This document shows positions 50,950 to 64,000 of a stretch of 64,000 nucleotides of DNA, one piece after another; position 1 is the first letter of the stretch; every line of letters starts with the position of its first letter. A program made the position numbers and the translations under genes. A model generated the notes under the pieces. It searched no databases. It saw only the letters and a program-made list of their open reading frames with translations, and had not been told where the DNA came from. This DNA comes from Octopus vulgaris (Eukaryota): the NCBI GenBank assembly GCA_951406725.2, contig OX597831.1:38192001-38256000 (forward strand), read 5' to 3'.

Positions 50950-51310
50950 ACGGGACACTTTGCCCTTCATCCTTTCGGGGTCGATAAATCAGGTACCAAT
51001 GAGACACTTGTATCGATGTAATCAATCAGTCACCTCCACCAAATTTTCAACCCTTTTGCGTATAGTGAAAAAGGATTATTACAGCATGGAACGAGGCGGC
51101 GAGTCGGCAGAGCCGTTAGCATGCCCGGCAGAATATCTAACGGCGTTCCTCTTTCCATATATTCTAAGTTCAAATATCACCGAGGTCGATTTACCTTTCA
51201 TCTTATCGTTGTCGATAAAATAAGTACCATTTGTCCACTGGTATCGGTTTAATCGACTTATTACCATCCACAAAAATGCTGCCCTTGTGCCAAAATTTGA
51301 CAGCAATATA
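50950..51310 (+). mobile_element. Two SINE family B copies (50950-51080 partial; 51093-51310)
   Basis: The ttcatcctttcggggtcgataaa domain occurs twice; head aggcggcgagtcggcaga at 51094. Confidence 0.8.
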
Positions 51311-51640
51311 AAAGTACATTAGTGCTTCATTTAGATTACCATCCAAGACTAAATTTTAAGAGGCATGTCTGTCTTACATCCCAGCTGAACCAGTTTACAC
51401 ATCATCTTAAATTAGCAACTGTTACAAAATATGAAAAAAAAAGGCATTATAAACTGCAGCATGAGACACACCGAAAAGAGTCCACAGGAATAACCATACG
51501 ATTAGCAAGAGTAGACGAATTTGTTCATAATCCTCTAATCTAATCAATATATTTTCTGTTTGAGACGTCTTCCCCCAATCGAGATTTTTTAGTTACGTTC
51601 ACTCACAGCAAACTTCAAAAGTTCACCCGTTTCATCATCG

Positions 51641-51658
51641 TAGTAGTAGTAGTAGTAT

Positions 51659-51711
<53 letters not shown>

Positions 51712-51726
51712 ATGGTAGTAGTAGTA
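51641..51726. repeat. (TAG)n microsatellite
   Basis: Directly visible. Confidence 0.95.
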
Positions 51727-52044
51727 GGGAATGGCGTTAGACCGAGGAAAAGGAGGACGATGAGTGGAAGACAAAAGAAGGTGAAGCGGCGCCGGGAGCA
51801 AGAGGTGCAGATAGGTTTGAATGTATTTTCTTAATGCTCTTCATGAGAAAACATATTGAGTTAATGAATCAAATGAATGCAATGAGATTCATCGTTTTCT
51901 GAATAAAGAAAAAATTATAAATATGACATAGGAAAGAGTCGGGGGCAGTGATACTGTGAGAGTGAAGAATGAGTGCAAGCACGACAAATAATGCAGCGCT
52001 TAGAAACAAAACACAGGAAGATGCTATAAATAGACTGAAAGCAT

Positions 52045-52139
52045 TACACACACTCACACAGACACACACACAAACACCCCCCCACACACACACACACACA
52101 CGCACGCACACACACGCACAAACACCCACACACACACTC

Positions 52140-52198
<59 letters not shown>

Positions 52199-52567
52199 TA
52201 TAAACATGTATATATAATATATATAAATACATACATATATGTACAGACAGATAAATACACACAAATATATATATATATGTATGTTTATGTATGTATTTAT
52301 ATATATATATATACAGACCAACACACACGTACACACATATATATACATATACAAACACATACACACACGCACACACATGCGCACACACACAAAAAAAAAC
52401 ACACACACACACACATATGTATATATATGTTCGAGTGTTCAGAAACGCACGCGTGAGAGTGTATGTGAGAACGTATGTATACATGCATGCATGCATGGAA
52501 GTATGCATGTACGCGTGTGTGTATGTATGCTTGTGTTAACATGTATGTATGTGTGTATATATATATG

Positions 52568-52643
<76 letters not shown>

Positions 52644-52670
52644 TGTATGTGTGTATTTATGTATGTATCG
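52045..52670. repeat. Compound CA/TA/TATG microsatellite
   Basis: Directly visible. Confidence 0.9.
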
Positions 52671-53538
52671 GTGTAAAACCTTACAGTTAATTATATTTGT
52701 TTGCAAAAATTCCTGTCGTCGAAATCACATGTAAACATGCATGTGAAAGTCATAAACCGGTCTTCTTTAACTGAAGATTTATATCAAAGGGCATTTATTA
52801 CTCCTAAGTCAAGTGGAATAAAATCGTTTTTTTGAAATATAAAAAGCGATTTATTCAACGTTATAATCTAATGCTTTTATCTTATGAATTATCAATTTAT
52901 TCTTTTCTAATTAATCTCTTTGATGTTACGCGACATTACTATTTTTGATATTATTGTTACGATATATATTTATATGTATTTTTTTATTATTCTTTTCAGT
53001 TTAAATACCAAGCTTTTCATGACAGTAAAGGTTATTCAAGACATTGCACGGAGTTACTCATTAATTTCTTATCTCACTCACTCTGCCCTCTCTTTCTCTC
53101 TCTCTCTCTCTTTCTGTCGCTCACTCGCTCTCCTCTTTTTGTCTCTGACGATCACTATCTGTCATTCTCTGTATCTATCAGTCTACCTATTTGTCTGTCG
53201 GTCACTCTTTGTCTCTGTCTCGCTCTCTCTCACTCTCTCTCTCTTTCTCCATCTCTCTTTCTCCATATATCTTACTCTCCATCTACTTGTTGTCTGGTAC
53301 ATGATTTTGTGCTCTCTCTCTTAGTGTCTTCATTTATTTATATTTTCATTAATTTTACCTGCATTGATGTTTATATATTTTTTACATATATTTAATATCG
53401 TCCTGACCCGAGAGCGTTTAATACACACACATACAAAGGCAGACTAGTGTCGAATCCATGTAAAGAAAATAAGAGAATGTGTACGTATATAGTGTCTACG
53501 CACATATTATATACATGTATTTACATAAATATATACAC

Positions 53539-53572
<34 letters not shown>

Positions 53573-53619
53573 GTATATATATATAAATATATACATATAT
53601 ACATATATATATGTGAATA

Positions 53620-53835
53620 CATCAATGCAATAAGAAAAGGAGAAAAAACACAAAAAAGCAACTCGGAGAGGACGTGGTATATGTAAAGTATTAGCGGACG
53701 CTGAGGGAAGGAAAGAAAGGTGGTTTTACATTTCGAGAAAAGCTCTTCTTCAGAAACAGGAGACAGGAACGTCCAATAGAAGAGGAAGACGGAGGAAAAT
53801 AAATCGCCAACGATTCACATGTGGTTACATTTTGA
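53620..53835 (-). mobile_element. HHR-bearing element, family H1
   Basis: Homologous to 390-570 (gaggacgtggta.atgtaaagtattagc..acgct.agggaaggaaaga). Confidence 0.72.
53723..53757 (-). ncRNA. Hammerhead ribozyme motif
   Basis: Reverse complement reads gttt-CTGAAGA-a-GAG ctttt CTC-GAAA-T-GTA-aaac. Confidence 0.65.
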
Positions 53836-53861
53836 ATCTATATGAATCTATATGAATGCAT

Positions 53862-53906
<45 letters not shown>

Positions 53907-53958
53907 TATATATATATATGAAAGAAGGTTTGAAAATGCAATTTTAAAAGATGTATAT

Positions 53959-54004
53959 TCACTTGACCGGTTTCACTTTTTTAGAAAATGATTGTCAAAA
54001 GTAA
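53959..54004 (-). ncRNA. Hammerhead ribozyme motif, U3-A8 core variant
   Basis: Reverse complement reads ttactt-TTGACAA-tc-ATTTT ctaaa AAAGT-GAAA-CCGG-TC-aagtga. Stem I is 6 bp, stem III is the ACCGGU palindrome, and the triplet is GUC. Confidence 0.68.
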
Positions 54005-54328
54005 CATGGAAAAGCTTTGTTGTGCTAGGTACTGGATGCCACAAAATATTGCAATGCATATATATATTCTTTGATAATAATAAGAACATGTTAAAAACAA
54101 TACATATATTTTCTGTAAACTGTCTTTTACATTTTCTTATTATTATCAAATAATGTATATATGTATTGTAATTTTTTGTGCCTAATATTTTAATGAACTT
54201 TTTAATATTTTCTCAAGACTTTTCCTTGTTAACTGTTTTTAACATGTTCTTATTATTATCAAAAAATGTATATATGTATTGTAATATTTTGTGACAACCA
54301 GTACCTAACACAACAAAACTTTTACATG

Positions 54329-54374
54329 TTATTTTTGACAATCTTTTTCTAAAAAAGTGAAACCGGTCAAGTGA
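54329..54374 (+). ncRNA. Hammerhead ribozyme motif, U3-A8 core variant
   Basis: ttattt-TTGACAA-tctttttctaaaaaagt-GAAA-CCGG-TC-aagtga. Confidence 0.62.
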
Positions 54375-54799
54375 ATAAAGATCTTTTAAAATTGCATTCT
54401 CAAACGTTCTTTCATATATAATTCCACTCGTGCGGTACCTTACAACTTCACTGTGTTATATATATGCATATAAGTGTGTATACGTGTGTATACATATGTA
54501 TGAAAATATACTTGAATGTGTGTGCATGGAAGATCTATTTTTACAAACCTCTTAATTTTCTCATATGCGCTAGTTCATTCGTTTTAGACCATATCATCCA
54601 CACCCAAATATTTGCAGTCAACTTCAAGTTTACATTTTCCATTGCTGAAAATTGGAATAATAAATAACATATAAGTACTCGTGATTGAACGCTTAAAATT
54701 ACTTCATTATAACATCAGGAGCACGTTATTTTCTTCATCCCGGAAACCGGGATTCATCGTACGGTCCACACTTACAAAGCGGTACGGATGTATACCGAA

Positions 54800-54847
54800 T
54801 TTAATGTACATGTTTCACATATATATAATGTACATTTATACATATAA

Positions 54848-54901
<54 letters not shown>

Positions 54902-55448
54902 ATGTATGTATATTTTTATGCGCATACGCACGTTTTTATAGTATGCATGTATCTACCTATATATATCTATCATTCTCTCCATCTATATATATTATATATA
55001 TGTGTATATGTTTACATATATATATATATACATTTATATACACATGTGTATATACGTAAACATGCATGTATATATATAGATATATTCACACACATACACA
55101 CATATATGCATACATATACATTTATACATGCATATACATAGTTATATATATGTATGTATGTATATATATATATACGTATAAACATATGTATACATTTGCA
55201 TATATGTAAAAAACATATATATATATATAGATGAACATATATATACACATATATATATACATACATATATATATATGCATAGACATTTATATATATACAT
55301 ATACATATATACGTACATATTCATACATATATTTGTGTGTATACAAACATATATATACATATATATATACATATGTATATATGTATATGTATACACACAC
55401 ACAACAATATGCAGACTCACGCACCCATTCCCTCACACACACACACAT

Positions 55449-55512
<64 letters not shown>
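54800..55512. repeat. Long compound TA/CA microsatellite region
   Basis: Directly visible. Confidence 0.9.
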
Positions 55513-55513
<1 letters not shown>

Positions 55514-55979
55514 AATGCGAGAGCATAGAAGCGTAGTACTTTTTTATTGTGATAGCTAGCTGCGATTCTCATTATACGAATTCATAAATAAAATTATTAT
55601 TTCCCCTTCTTAAATGATATTTCCTTTTTAGTTTTTTTTTCATAAAATATATTTTTAAAAATTATTTTATTAAAGTTAATCATACAACAAATTTTTTCAC
55701 GTTACATTAGCATTATCTATTTATTCTATATAGCTTTGTTTCTTCTCTTACATCTTATCGACAATAAGATTCAAATAAAGATCGGATTTACGCCATTAAC
55801 TTAATAGGCTTCATTAAAATTGATAACATGAGTTTGTTGGTATCCCATTCTTCAAAATATATACGGACGTGGATAAACATATACGCGAGCACATACATAT
55901 ATACATAAACATATAAATTAACTCTCTCTCTCTGTATATATGTATCCACACGCACATACATACTCTCTTATACCCACCT

Positions 55980-56170
55980 ACGCGCATCTTCGTTTTAGGA
56001 TCACCACTACTTTATTATTTCCCCTTCTCCCTAGTTCTCCTGCGTGACCCCTCCGTCCGAAATTCGCCATGATAGATCGCTAAGCACTACACATTCTTTA
56101 TTTTCTCTCCTTGTTTCTTTCTGTATTCCTTCTGTGGAAGACCGTATGCTCGAAATGTTAAAGGCTTTTT
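55980..56170 (+). mobile_element. HHR-bearing element, family H2
   Basis: ctacac...ttctctc...ccttctgt.gaag...ctcgaaa.gt is shared with 1-90; the left boundary is uncertain. Confidence 0.5.
56128..56164 (+). ncRNA. Hammerhead ribozyme-like motif with variant core CUGUGGA
   Basis: cctt-CTGTGGA-a-GAcC gtat GcTC-GAAA-TG-TTA-aagg; stem I is cctt/aagg. Confidence 0.5.
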
Positions 56171-56184
56171 CTATCTATCCATCC

Positions 56185-56508
<324 letters not shown>

Positions 56509-57524
56509 TATTTTCTTTATTGTTGGACGTTTTAAACAATTATGGCAAAATCACTTTTGCGTTACCCATGTTTGGTTTTCTTATTTAGTTATTCATGGAT
56601 TCCTACATGTACGCTTAATGGAGGTGCATTGAATATCAGACTAAACAAAATGAATGTTTATAAAAGTGAACGGACGCAGAATAAAACTAGAGCGAAACAG
56701 ACAAACAACGCTGGTGCTTTACAACACAAATATCACACAAAAATGTTTTGTCCAATCAAAGTAACACTGGAATGTAAACATTCATTTGCTAAATAAAAAA
56801 AAATATTGTATAAACTTTTACCACCACTCCTAGACGAATACCAAATATGAATTCTGCTAAAAGAAAATTCCCAGTCCTCCGTTTGCCGAAAGGAATCAAG
56901 GAAACAAAGAAATCGACACTAGTTGTAAATTTATTTATTTGAACATGAACAAATTTTGGTGGTACTTTACGGATACTCTAAAACAAATATCGAATATTGT
57001 TATGTCGTTTACTGGAAGTGAGATCTATTCTATTAGGCAGATATCTATTCTAGAGCAAATATATATGTGCGTCGATAAATTGGCTTAGTGTGGCAGACGA
57101 TTACTCATTGCTGAGGTCTTCAAACACACAACAATACAGAAAAATATCAGAGACAACGAGGACTCTACTCGTTAATAATTTTCGTATCACAAATTGGGAT
57201 ATTTGGGAGCACTGAATTTCCCTTTAATAATTTGATGTTGAAATCAGTCTTCGTGTTCTAAGAAATGCTGACGATTCATAAGAAGCTGATGAATTTACAA
57301 AGGGCGATTCCGGGGTATGCATAGTAGTGCCTACAGTATGAAGGTTTCTAATAAACCAATATCAAAGCGCTTCATAAGCCAGAAAACTTCGAGTGATAAA
57401 CTTGTTATAGCATCAGAGAAACTGCCAAGGAGTCTATAATTTGCTTCTTTAAAACTATGCTAAGATTAAAAGGTTTAACTTTTCATCATACCAAGTATGA
57501 TTAATTAATACAACAGTTGAGTAG

Positions 57525-58225
57525 TTTACGCTCTCAGTTCAGATTCCACCGACGTCGACTTAGTATTTCACTCTTTCGAAGGCCGATGAGATTAGTACTA
57601 ATAGAGCTCTGGCGTGGATGACAGCGACTAGCTCTCTCACACAATATTTCAATCCTTGTGCCTAGGTCACAATCGTTATCATGCCGAACAAACTGCTAAG
57701 CGGCATTTGGTCAGTCTTAACGTTCTGACTCCGAATTCCGCCGAGGTCGACATTCCTTTTCATTCTTTCGGTGTCGATCAAACAAATGTCAGTAAACTAC
57801 AAAGGTGGATTTAATCGACTAGCCTTCTCTCCAAAATTTCAACCTTTAGTAGAGAGTATTATTGTTATTATAATTGTAATGATCTGGCAGAATCATTACC
57901 GTATCGGTACAAATTGAATAACGACATTTCTTTATGTTCCGAGTTCAAATCCTGCCTTTCATCCTCTCGAATCGATTAAATAATATTATTATTATCATTA
58001 TTATTATTAAGGCGGTGAGCTGGAAAATCGTTAGCACACAGGCAAAAATGCTTAGCTGTATTTCGACTGCCACTACGCTCTGAGTTCAAATTCGACGAGG
58101 TTGACTTTGCATTTCATCCTTTCGGTGGGTCGATAAATAAAGACCAGTGAACTACTGGAGTCGTTGTAATCGACTAGTCCCCTCCCCTAAAATTTCAGGC
58201 CTTATGCTTATAACAGAAATTATTA
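57525..58225 (+). mobile_element. Head-to-tail cluster of four SINE family B copies or fragments
   Basis: The B-box plus gtcgact..tttcatcctttcg domain recurs near 57535, 57725, 57938 and 58080. The best-preserved copy is 58009-58225. Confidence 0.75.
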
Positions 58226-58226
58226 A

Positions 58227-58259
<33 letters not shown>

Positions 58260-58261
58260 GC

Positions 58262-58312
<51 letters not shown>

Positions 58313-58350
58313 TGTTGTAGTAGTAATAGTAGTAGTAGTAGTCGTAGTAA
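58226..58350. repeat. (ATT)n/(TAG)n microsatellite
   Basis: Directly visible. Confidence 0.94.
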
Positions 58351-59765
58351 TATACACTGTTATTCATCTATCGTATTTTATACAACATTGTATTTACACT
58401 ACTAAATGCGTACAAGAAACACAGAAGCGTTTTATGTTGTGGCGCTTTTTTAATCTTCTAATTGCATACCATTAATTAACTCTAAATTAGGGAAATGTTA
58501 AAGGATGAATTAACAATTAAATAGTTGCTAATATGTGTAATTTTATATAAACATATTTACTCATTATAAATTTCTTTTTCAAAGGGAATATTATACACTG
58601 ATGTGTGTATAGTTAAGTATTCTCCATATCTCTTTCGATGTAAATACTAGAAGGGATTAAAAATAAACGAGATAATAGAAGGAGATAAGTAGAATGTAAA
58701 ATTAATTGAATAAGAATTTTAATGACAAAAGTATTTTATAGAAAAAGGAAAAAAAAAATCAAAAACAAAGGAAGGCTCGACGTTTACACCTCCTCAATTA
58801 GAATAGCATCCTTTAAAATCGATGCATTAATTAATATATAGAGATGTGTATTAAAATTGATTAAAAAATATTTGTGTGAATATCTATAAACACATACTGA
58901 TTATGTGAAAATAAGGTATGTGTATGTGGATGTGTCCATGTGTGATACGTGCATATTCGATAGATGTACGTATATAAATACAAGCGTAGAAAATTTTATG
59001 TGGATATATATGAGTGCTTATATAGATAGATACGTATGTATGTATGAATATAACTATATTATGATTCTGTTCGTTCGTTCGACCACACATTACGTTCTAA
59101 CTTGTTAGATAGAGAGAGAATTGGAATGAGTGAGAGACGGAGTAAGTGAAAGAGGTAGAGTTGGTGTGATAGTGACAGAGTGGGTGAGGGAGAGAGAGAG
59201 AGAGAGAGAGAGTGGGAGTGAGATAAATACATAGTTAAAAGATACATTACGATGTGACGTGGTTAGCGGAAGTGAGAAGAGAAAGAGAAAGAAAGAATGT
59301 CAACGACGCGAACACGGTAAAAATGTTTGTTGAAGTAAGAGGTAGAGTGAAATATAAAGTGTTCAGCAAAGAGTAGTAATATCATATATTATTCTGACTG
59401 GAAAATAGATGCAGATTTTATATTATTTGTCAATTTGCAATGAAATTGAAAATAATAATGTAAATTATAACATCGTGTATATTCACTATAACCTTTTGTG
59501 CACATGGTTTTGTGCATAAGATGTGAAGGAATCATGATAGAATATTGCGTAATAAGGAATATGCTATTAAATATTGGTATTGCAATTTCAAAAGAATATG
59601 AATTCAATACTGTAAAGACGGTTAATATATATTTGCATATTACTTATTGCACAGAGAAAATAAAATTCATATGCAATAAGCATGCAAATTTTGTTTTCTT
59701 TCTTAATTGGTTCCTCATAATTTTTTTCATTCCGTAGAATTTCCGCGGATACCGCTACTATATAT

Positions 59766-60197
59766 ACTCTTTTACTGTTTTACACTTTTACTTGATCCAG
59801 TCGTTTGACTGTGCCCTTGCAGGAGCACCGCCTTTAGTCGAGGAAATCGACCCCAGGACTTATTTTGGGTAAGCCTGATACATATTCTATCGGTCTTTTT
59901 TGCCGAATCGCTAATATACGGAGACGTAAACACACCAGCATCGGTTGTCAAGCGATGTTGAGGGGGACAAACACAGACACACAAACATATACACACACAT
60001 ACATATACACATATATATATATATATACAAATATACGACGGGCCTCTTTCAGTTTCCTTCTACCAAATCCACTCACAAGGATTTGGACGGCTCGAGGCTA
60101 TTGTAGAAGACACTTGGCCAAGGAGCCACGCAGTGGGACTGAACCCGGAACAATGTGGTTGGTAAGCAAGCTACTTACCCCACAGCCACTTCTAGGC
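59766..60197 (-). mobile_element. Full-length SINE family A
   Basis: Collinear with the other copies. Confidence 0.9.
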
Positions 60198-60244
60198 ATA
60201 TATATATATATATATATATATGTGTGTATGTGTGTGTGTGTGTA

Positions 60245-60284
<40 letters not shown>

Positions 60285-60305
60285 GTATGTATGTATATAA
60301 ATATA

Positions 60306-60540
60306 TTTATTTCTTTATTGCCCACAGGGGGCTAAACATAGAGGAGACAAACAAGGACAGACAAGGGGATTAAGTCGTTTATATCGACCCCAGTGCTTGA
60401 CTGGTACTTATTTAATCGACCCCGAAAGAATGAAAGGCAAAGTCGACCTCGGCGGAATTTGAACTCAGAACGTAACGGCAGACGAAATACCGCTAGGCAT
60501 TGCACCCGGCGTGCTAACGTTTCTGCCAGCTCACCGCCTT
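60306..60540 (-). mobile_element. Monomeric SINE family B with the cccacaggggg-type tail
   Basis: Near-consensus copy with head gctcaccgcctt. Confidence 0.9.
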
Positions 60541-60579
60541 TATATATATTTATATATGTTTGTGTGTATGTGTGTGTGT

Positions 60580-60616
<37 letters not shown>

Positions 60617-61160
60617 CCTTTACTTTATTGATATCCAATGTGCATATTCGCTTTTTTTCTGCTTACGTTCCCCATGTCTTTTCCACACGAAGTTTCTATT
60701 TTCTTTTTTAAACATATTTCTATTATATATATATATATATATTCCTAACTCAGATCCAGTGACAATTATATCATAGCTATGGATCAGCTTACTATTTGAC
60801 ATATTACCAAATCCAACTAATTACACTATCTCTCCCTCTCGCTCTCGCTCTCACTCTCTTTCTCTCTCCCTGCCATAATACTTATTATAGTGATATCTGT
60901 TTGGGAACTGTTAATGGCAACACATATTACAACTCTCGTTATCATAAATTGTTCTTCATTCTATTAAAATAGGAAGAGATTGTGGATTCATTCTAGTAAC
61001 GGGGATTCATTCTCGTAAAGGAGATTGCTTACCTTGATAATGGTTGTTTTTTTTTTCTCTCATAGATAACCTTGTTAATCGTAGATATCGGTGTCCAGCT
61101 TGGGGACCTACTGAGTCATATATCTACAAACACACACACACACACACACACACACGCGCG

Positions 61161-61231
<71 letters not shown>

Positions 61232-61599
61232 CATAATTAAGAATTTCATGGTAATAATTATTTTAGCAATTTCTACTACCAGTCGCCTAGTTTTAAAAAA
61301 TTAGTCAATAGACTATATATTATTCATATAAAATACAGTGTATATTAAAACACATTAAGATGCTTCCATCATAGGAATCGCTTACGCTAGAAAGAACAGT
61401 GAAAGTCCAAACAACTAATTAGGGATAAATTCAGGAAGGGAATGAAAAATAAAAACATTTACCATCTAAATCCTGGACCATGGTTTCTGACTTACTTTAG
61501 TAAATAAGAATTATTATTTACCAGGCGAAGTCGTTATCAACAGGGATGCCATAGATTAAATATATAATGTATATAATGGCTGCGTCAGTGTGTGTGCAT

Positions 61600-61890
61600 G
61601 GGTGTGTAAGTGAGCATGCGTCGCAGTGTTGACTGGAATATCGGATGCTGTTAGACACCGCTGACCACAATGTACTTCGCATTATTTTAGCTTTTGATTA
61701 ATGCCACCACTTTGGCAGAATAGAGCGCCATTCCACTGAGGTGTTGAATATTTACAGCTGAGTGGACAGGTGAAATATTAACGGAAGTGTATTTTCTTTC
61801 CTAAGAACACAACATGCAGCCGGTTTGCGAATTGAAACGACGATCCCCCGGTCTTGAGTTCAACAACATAGCCACAAGACCACGCTCTTT
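61600..61890 (-). mobile_element. Decayed SINE family C-like copy
   Basis: cagctgagtggac...aagaacacaac...aattgaaac...agccacaagaccacgc. Confidence 0.55.
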
Positions 61891-61934
61891 CACACACATA
61901 CACACACACACACCATGTATACGTGACATACATA

Positions 61935-62139
61935 CGGGGGGATGCTGAAAGGTTCCCGATTATGAGTAAAGGAATATAGAGGAAGATCAGTTAATTATGG
62001 TTTTATTCAGCATATTCTACTCTCAGATTCACACACTTATTGCAGCAGTTCAGATCCCTGTAAAAGAACTCGGAAATTTAGGCATCCAAACAGGCCTTTC
62101 GCGACACACTTAAAGCCAGGAACATTTCAGTACCTTTCA
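61935..62139. mobile_element. ~205-bp Tc1/mariner-type MITE
   Basis: TA-cggggggatgctgaaaggttcc ... ggaacatttcagtacctttca imperfect TIRs. Confidence 0.55.
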
Positions 62140-63325
62140 AATATATTCATACATATACCTACACGTACATACATATATTTGTGTGTGTGTGTGTGTAGTT
62201 TTAGGGGGGATGTGAGTGTTTGTATGATTCTGAGTGTACGTATACCTGAGTGTTATCAGTCAAATGACGTTTAAATTTGTAAGTATATTCTGCCCGATAC
62301 AAGTAAATTAATTAAGCTTGCATGCATTAATTATAATTCGATTTTAAGCGACTCTCTTTGAGCTTATATAAAATGATGTATGGAATTATAATTTTCATAC
62401 GACAAAATACTACCTTAAAATTGATATGTGTGTACGAGGAAGGGCGTACACGCATGTGCCATCGTCTCTACGATATGTTTGTCGATATAAGTAAATACTT
62501 GAGAATACATTTGTTTTTATATGTATATGTTTGTATTTGGGTATGCGTATATATCTATACATTTGCATGCGCCTGCATTTATTCATTCACACATTCTCAC
62601 ATACGTCTAAGCCGAATATATTTCTTTGCTAACATTTGATACTAATATATATATTTCATATATATAGTGTTACAATCAAGAATATTGCAATTTATGATAC
62701 ACTTCAAATCTGTTAAGTAGCTTTTCAGTTGATTATTGTAGTGTTTATTATACAATTTTCATTTCTTTTCAAATAACTTTTCAAATATGACATGCTTTAA
62801 TTTCTTTTCCATGATACGTTTGCAATTGAGTCCCTCCTGACCTTATCTCTCCATCTGTCACCTTTCATGACTTTGTCTCTCTCTCTCCTTCTCTACAAAA
62901 CACATCTCACCTTCACCTCTTTACCTGTCTTTTCGTTTTATTCCCTTTATTTTATAACTCTAATACATATTGTACGCTTTATTATATTCTTGATAATGTT
63001 GCTCTATCAATGCTCTTAGTCACAATATTTCTTTCTCTCTCTCTCTCTCTCTTTTTCTCACTATTTCCCTCTTTTTCACTTCCTCATTCTCTCATACGAC
63101 TCACTCATTTACTCCCCCTCATGAGCTCATTCTTCTATCTGTACGATGTTTTTTTCTTTCGTTGAATGCGTGTAGAATGTTCTTTACTCATTGCTTGTCA
63201 TGCTTGAGCACCCCTGCAGCATGCCACATGTTTTCCTCTTCACTCTATACGACGCAAAGCGTGGCTGGACGAATCAATCATCCTGCCAGCCAGCATTTGC
63301 ATTAGCTATCATATGAATAAATATG

Positions 63326-63402
<77 letters not shown>

Positions 63403-64000
63403 ATGTATGTGCGTGTCTGTCTGTGTGTATTATGTGTAGATGGATGCACATATATGAAGCGAACATACATATACACACACACACTTATTCATTGCTATCG
63501 TTAAGCTGATCCCAGACGCTAAATTACGATATTTTCAGCAAATAACGTTAGAACGAGAAAATTGAAACCATTGATTATGTTTTATTAATTTTTGGCAGAT
63601 GTTTTTTTAGAAGATTTTTTTTTCTTTTTCGATGGGGGTTGTTTCTATAGAAATATGGCACAATGTACAAAAATCATCAAGAACAACTAGATGTGCTGTA
63701 AATAAATGGCATTTCTCATTAAAGATACTGTTTATACAAGGAAATGGTATTGCCTAAGAAGCTAGTAATTTTTATCGCAAATGCAAGCATGTGCTTGTAT
63801 ATGATTCTTTTATTGACAGACATATGCGACCCTAGATACACACAAAAATATACTATAATCCCACTTGTATCCGGGGTGCTTTTAAGCAATATTTAATCGA
63901 CTCCCCGACGTCGCTGTTATTTCATTTTATCAGCCTACGTTCTCAGCAAGATTTGTGTTAAATTACTCTCGAAGTTTTGTGTCCTGCCTCCTTTACATTA

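Larger units (their letters stand above)
53914..54456. mobile_element. Second Penelope-like inverted-terminal structure in TA repeats
   Basis: Diverged ~186-bp inverted arms at 53914-54099 and 54234-54420, each with an HHR. The right arm has a ~36-bp outer extension, and a partial third arm copy lies at ~54133-54180. Confidence 0.72.

Overview
AT-rich, microsatellite-dense eukaryotic DNA made almost entirely of repeats, and probably intronic or intergenic. The SINE families and overall texture are most consistent with an octopus (coleoid cephalopod) genome; this is recognition from memory, not a database result. No host protein-coding gene can be called confidently. Most listed ORFs are microsatellite or SINE artefacts, and only three weak candidate exons on the - strand remain. 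The window holds about 30 copies of four tRNA-headed SINE families (labelled A-D here) and about 8 decayed Tc1/mariner elements or MITEs. It also holds LINE remnants (Tx1-like, R4/Dong-like next to a (TAA)n tract, RTE-like, and a probable L2/CR1-like 3' end) and a very old ~50-58 bp tandem array. The most striking signal is at least 11 type I hammerhead-ribozyme (HHR) motifs plus several degenerate ones. They sit in short, ORF-less elements that mostly abut (TA)n microsatellites. Two of these elements are ~187-bp inverted repeats whose arms each carry an HHR with a compensatory U3-A8 core pair and a palindromic ACCGGU stem III. This points to several families of Penelope-like or retrozyme-like elements with variant ribozyme cores. 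Coordinates were read by eye, so element ends are approximate.
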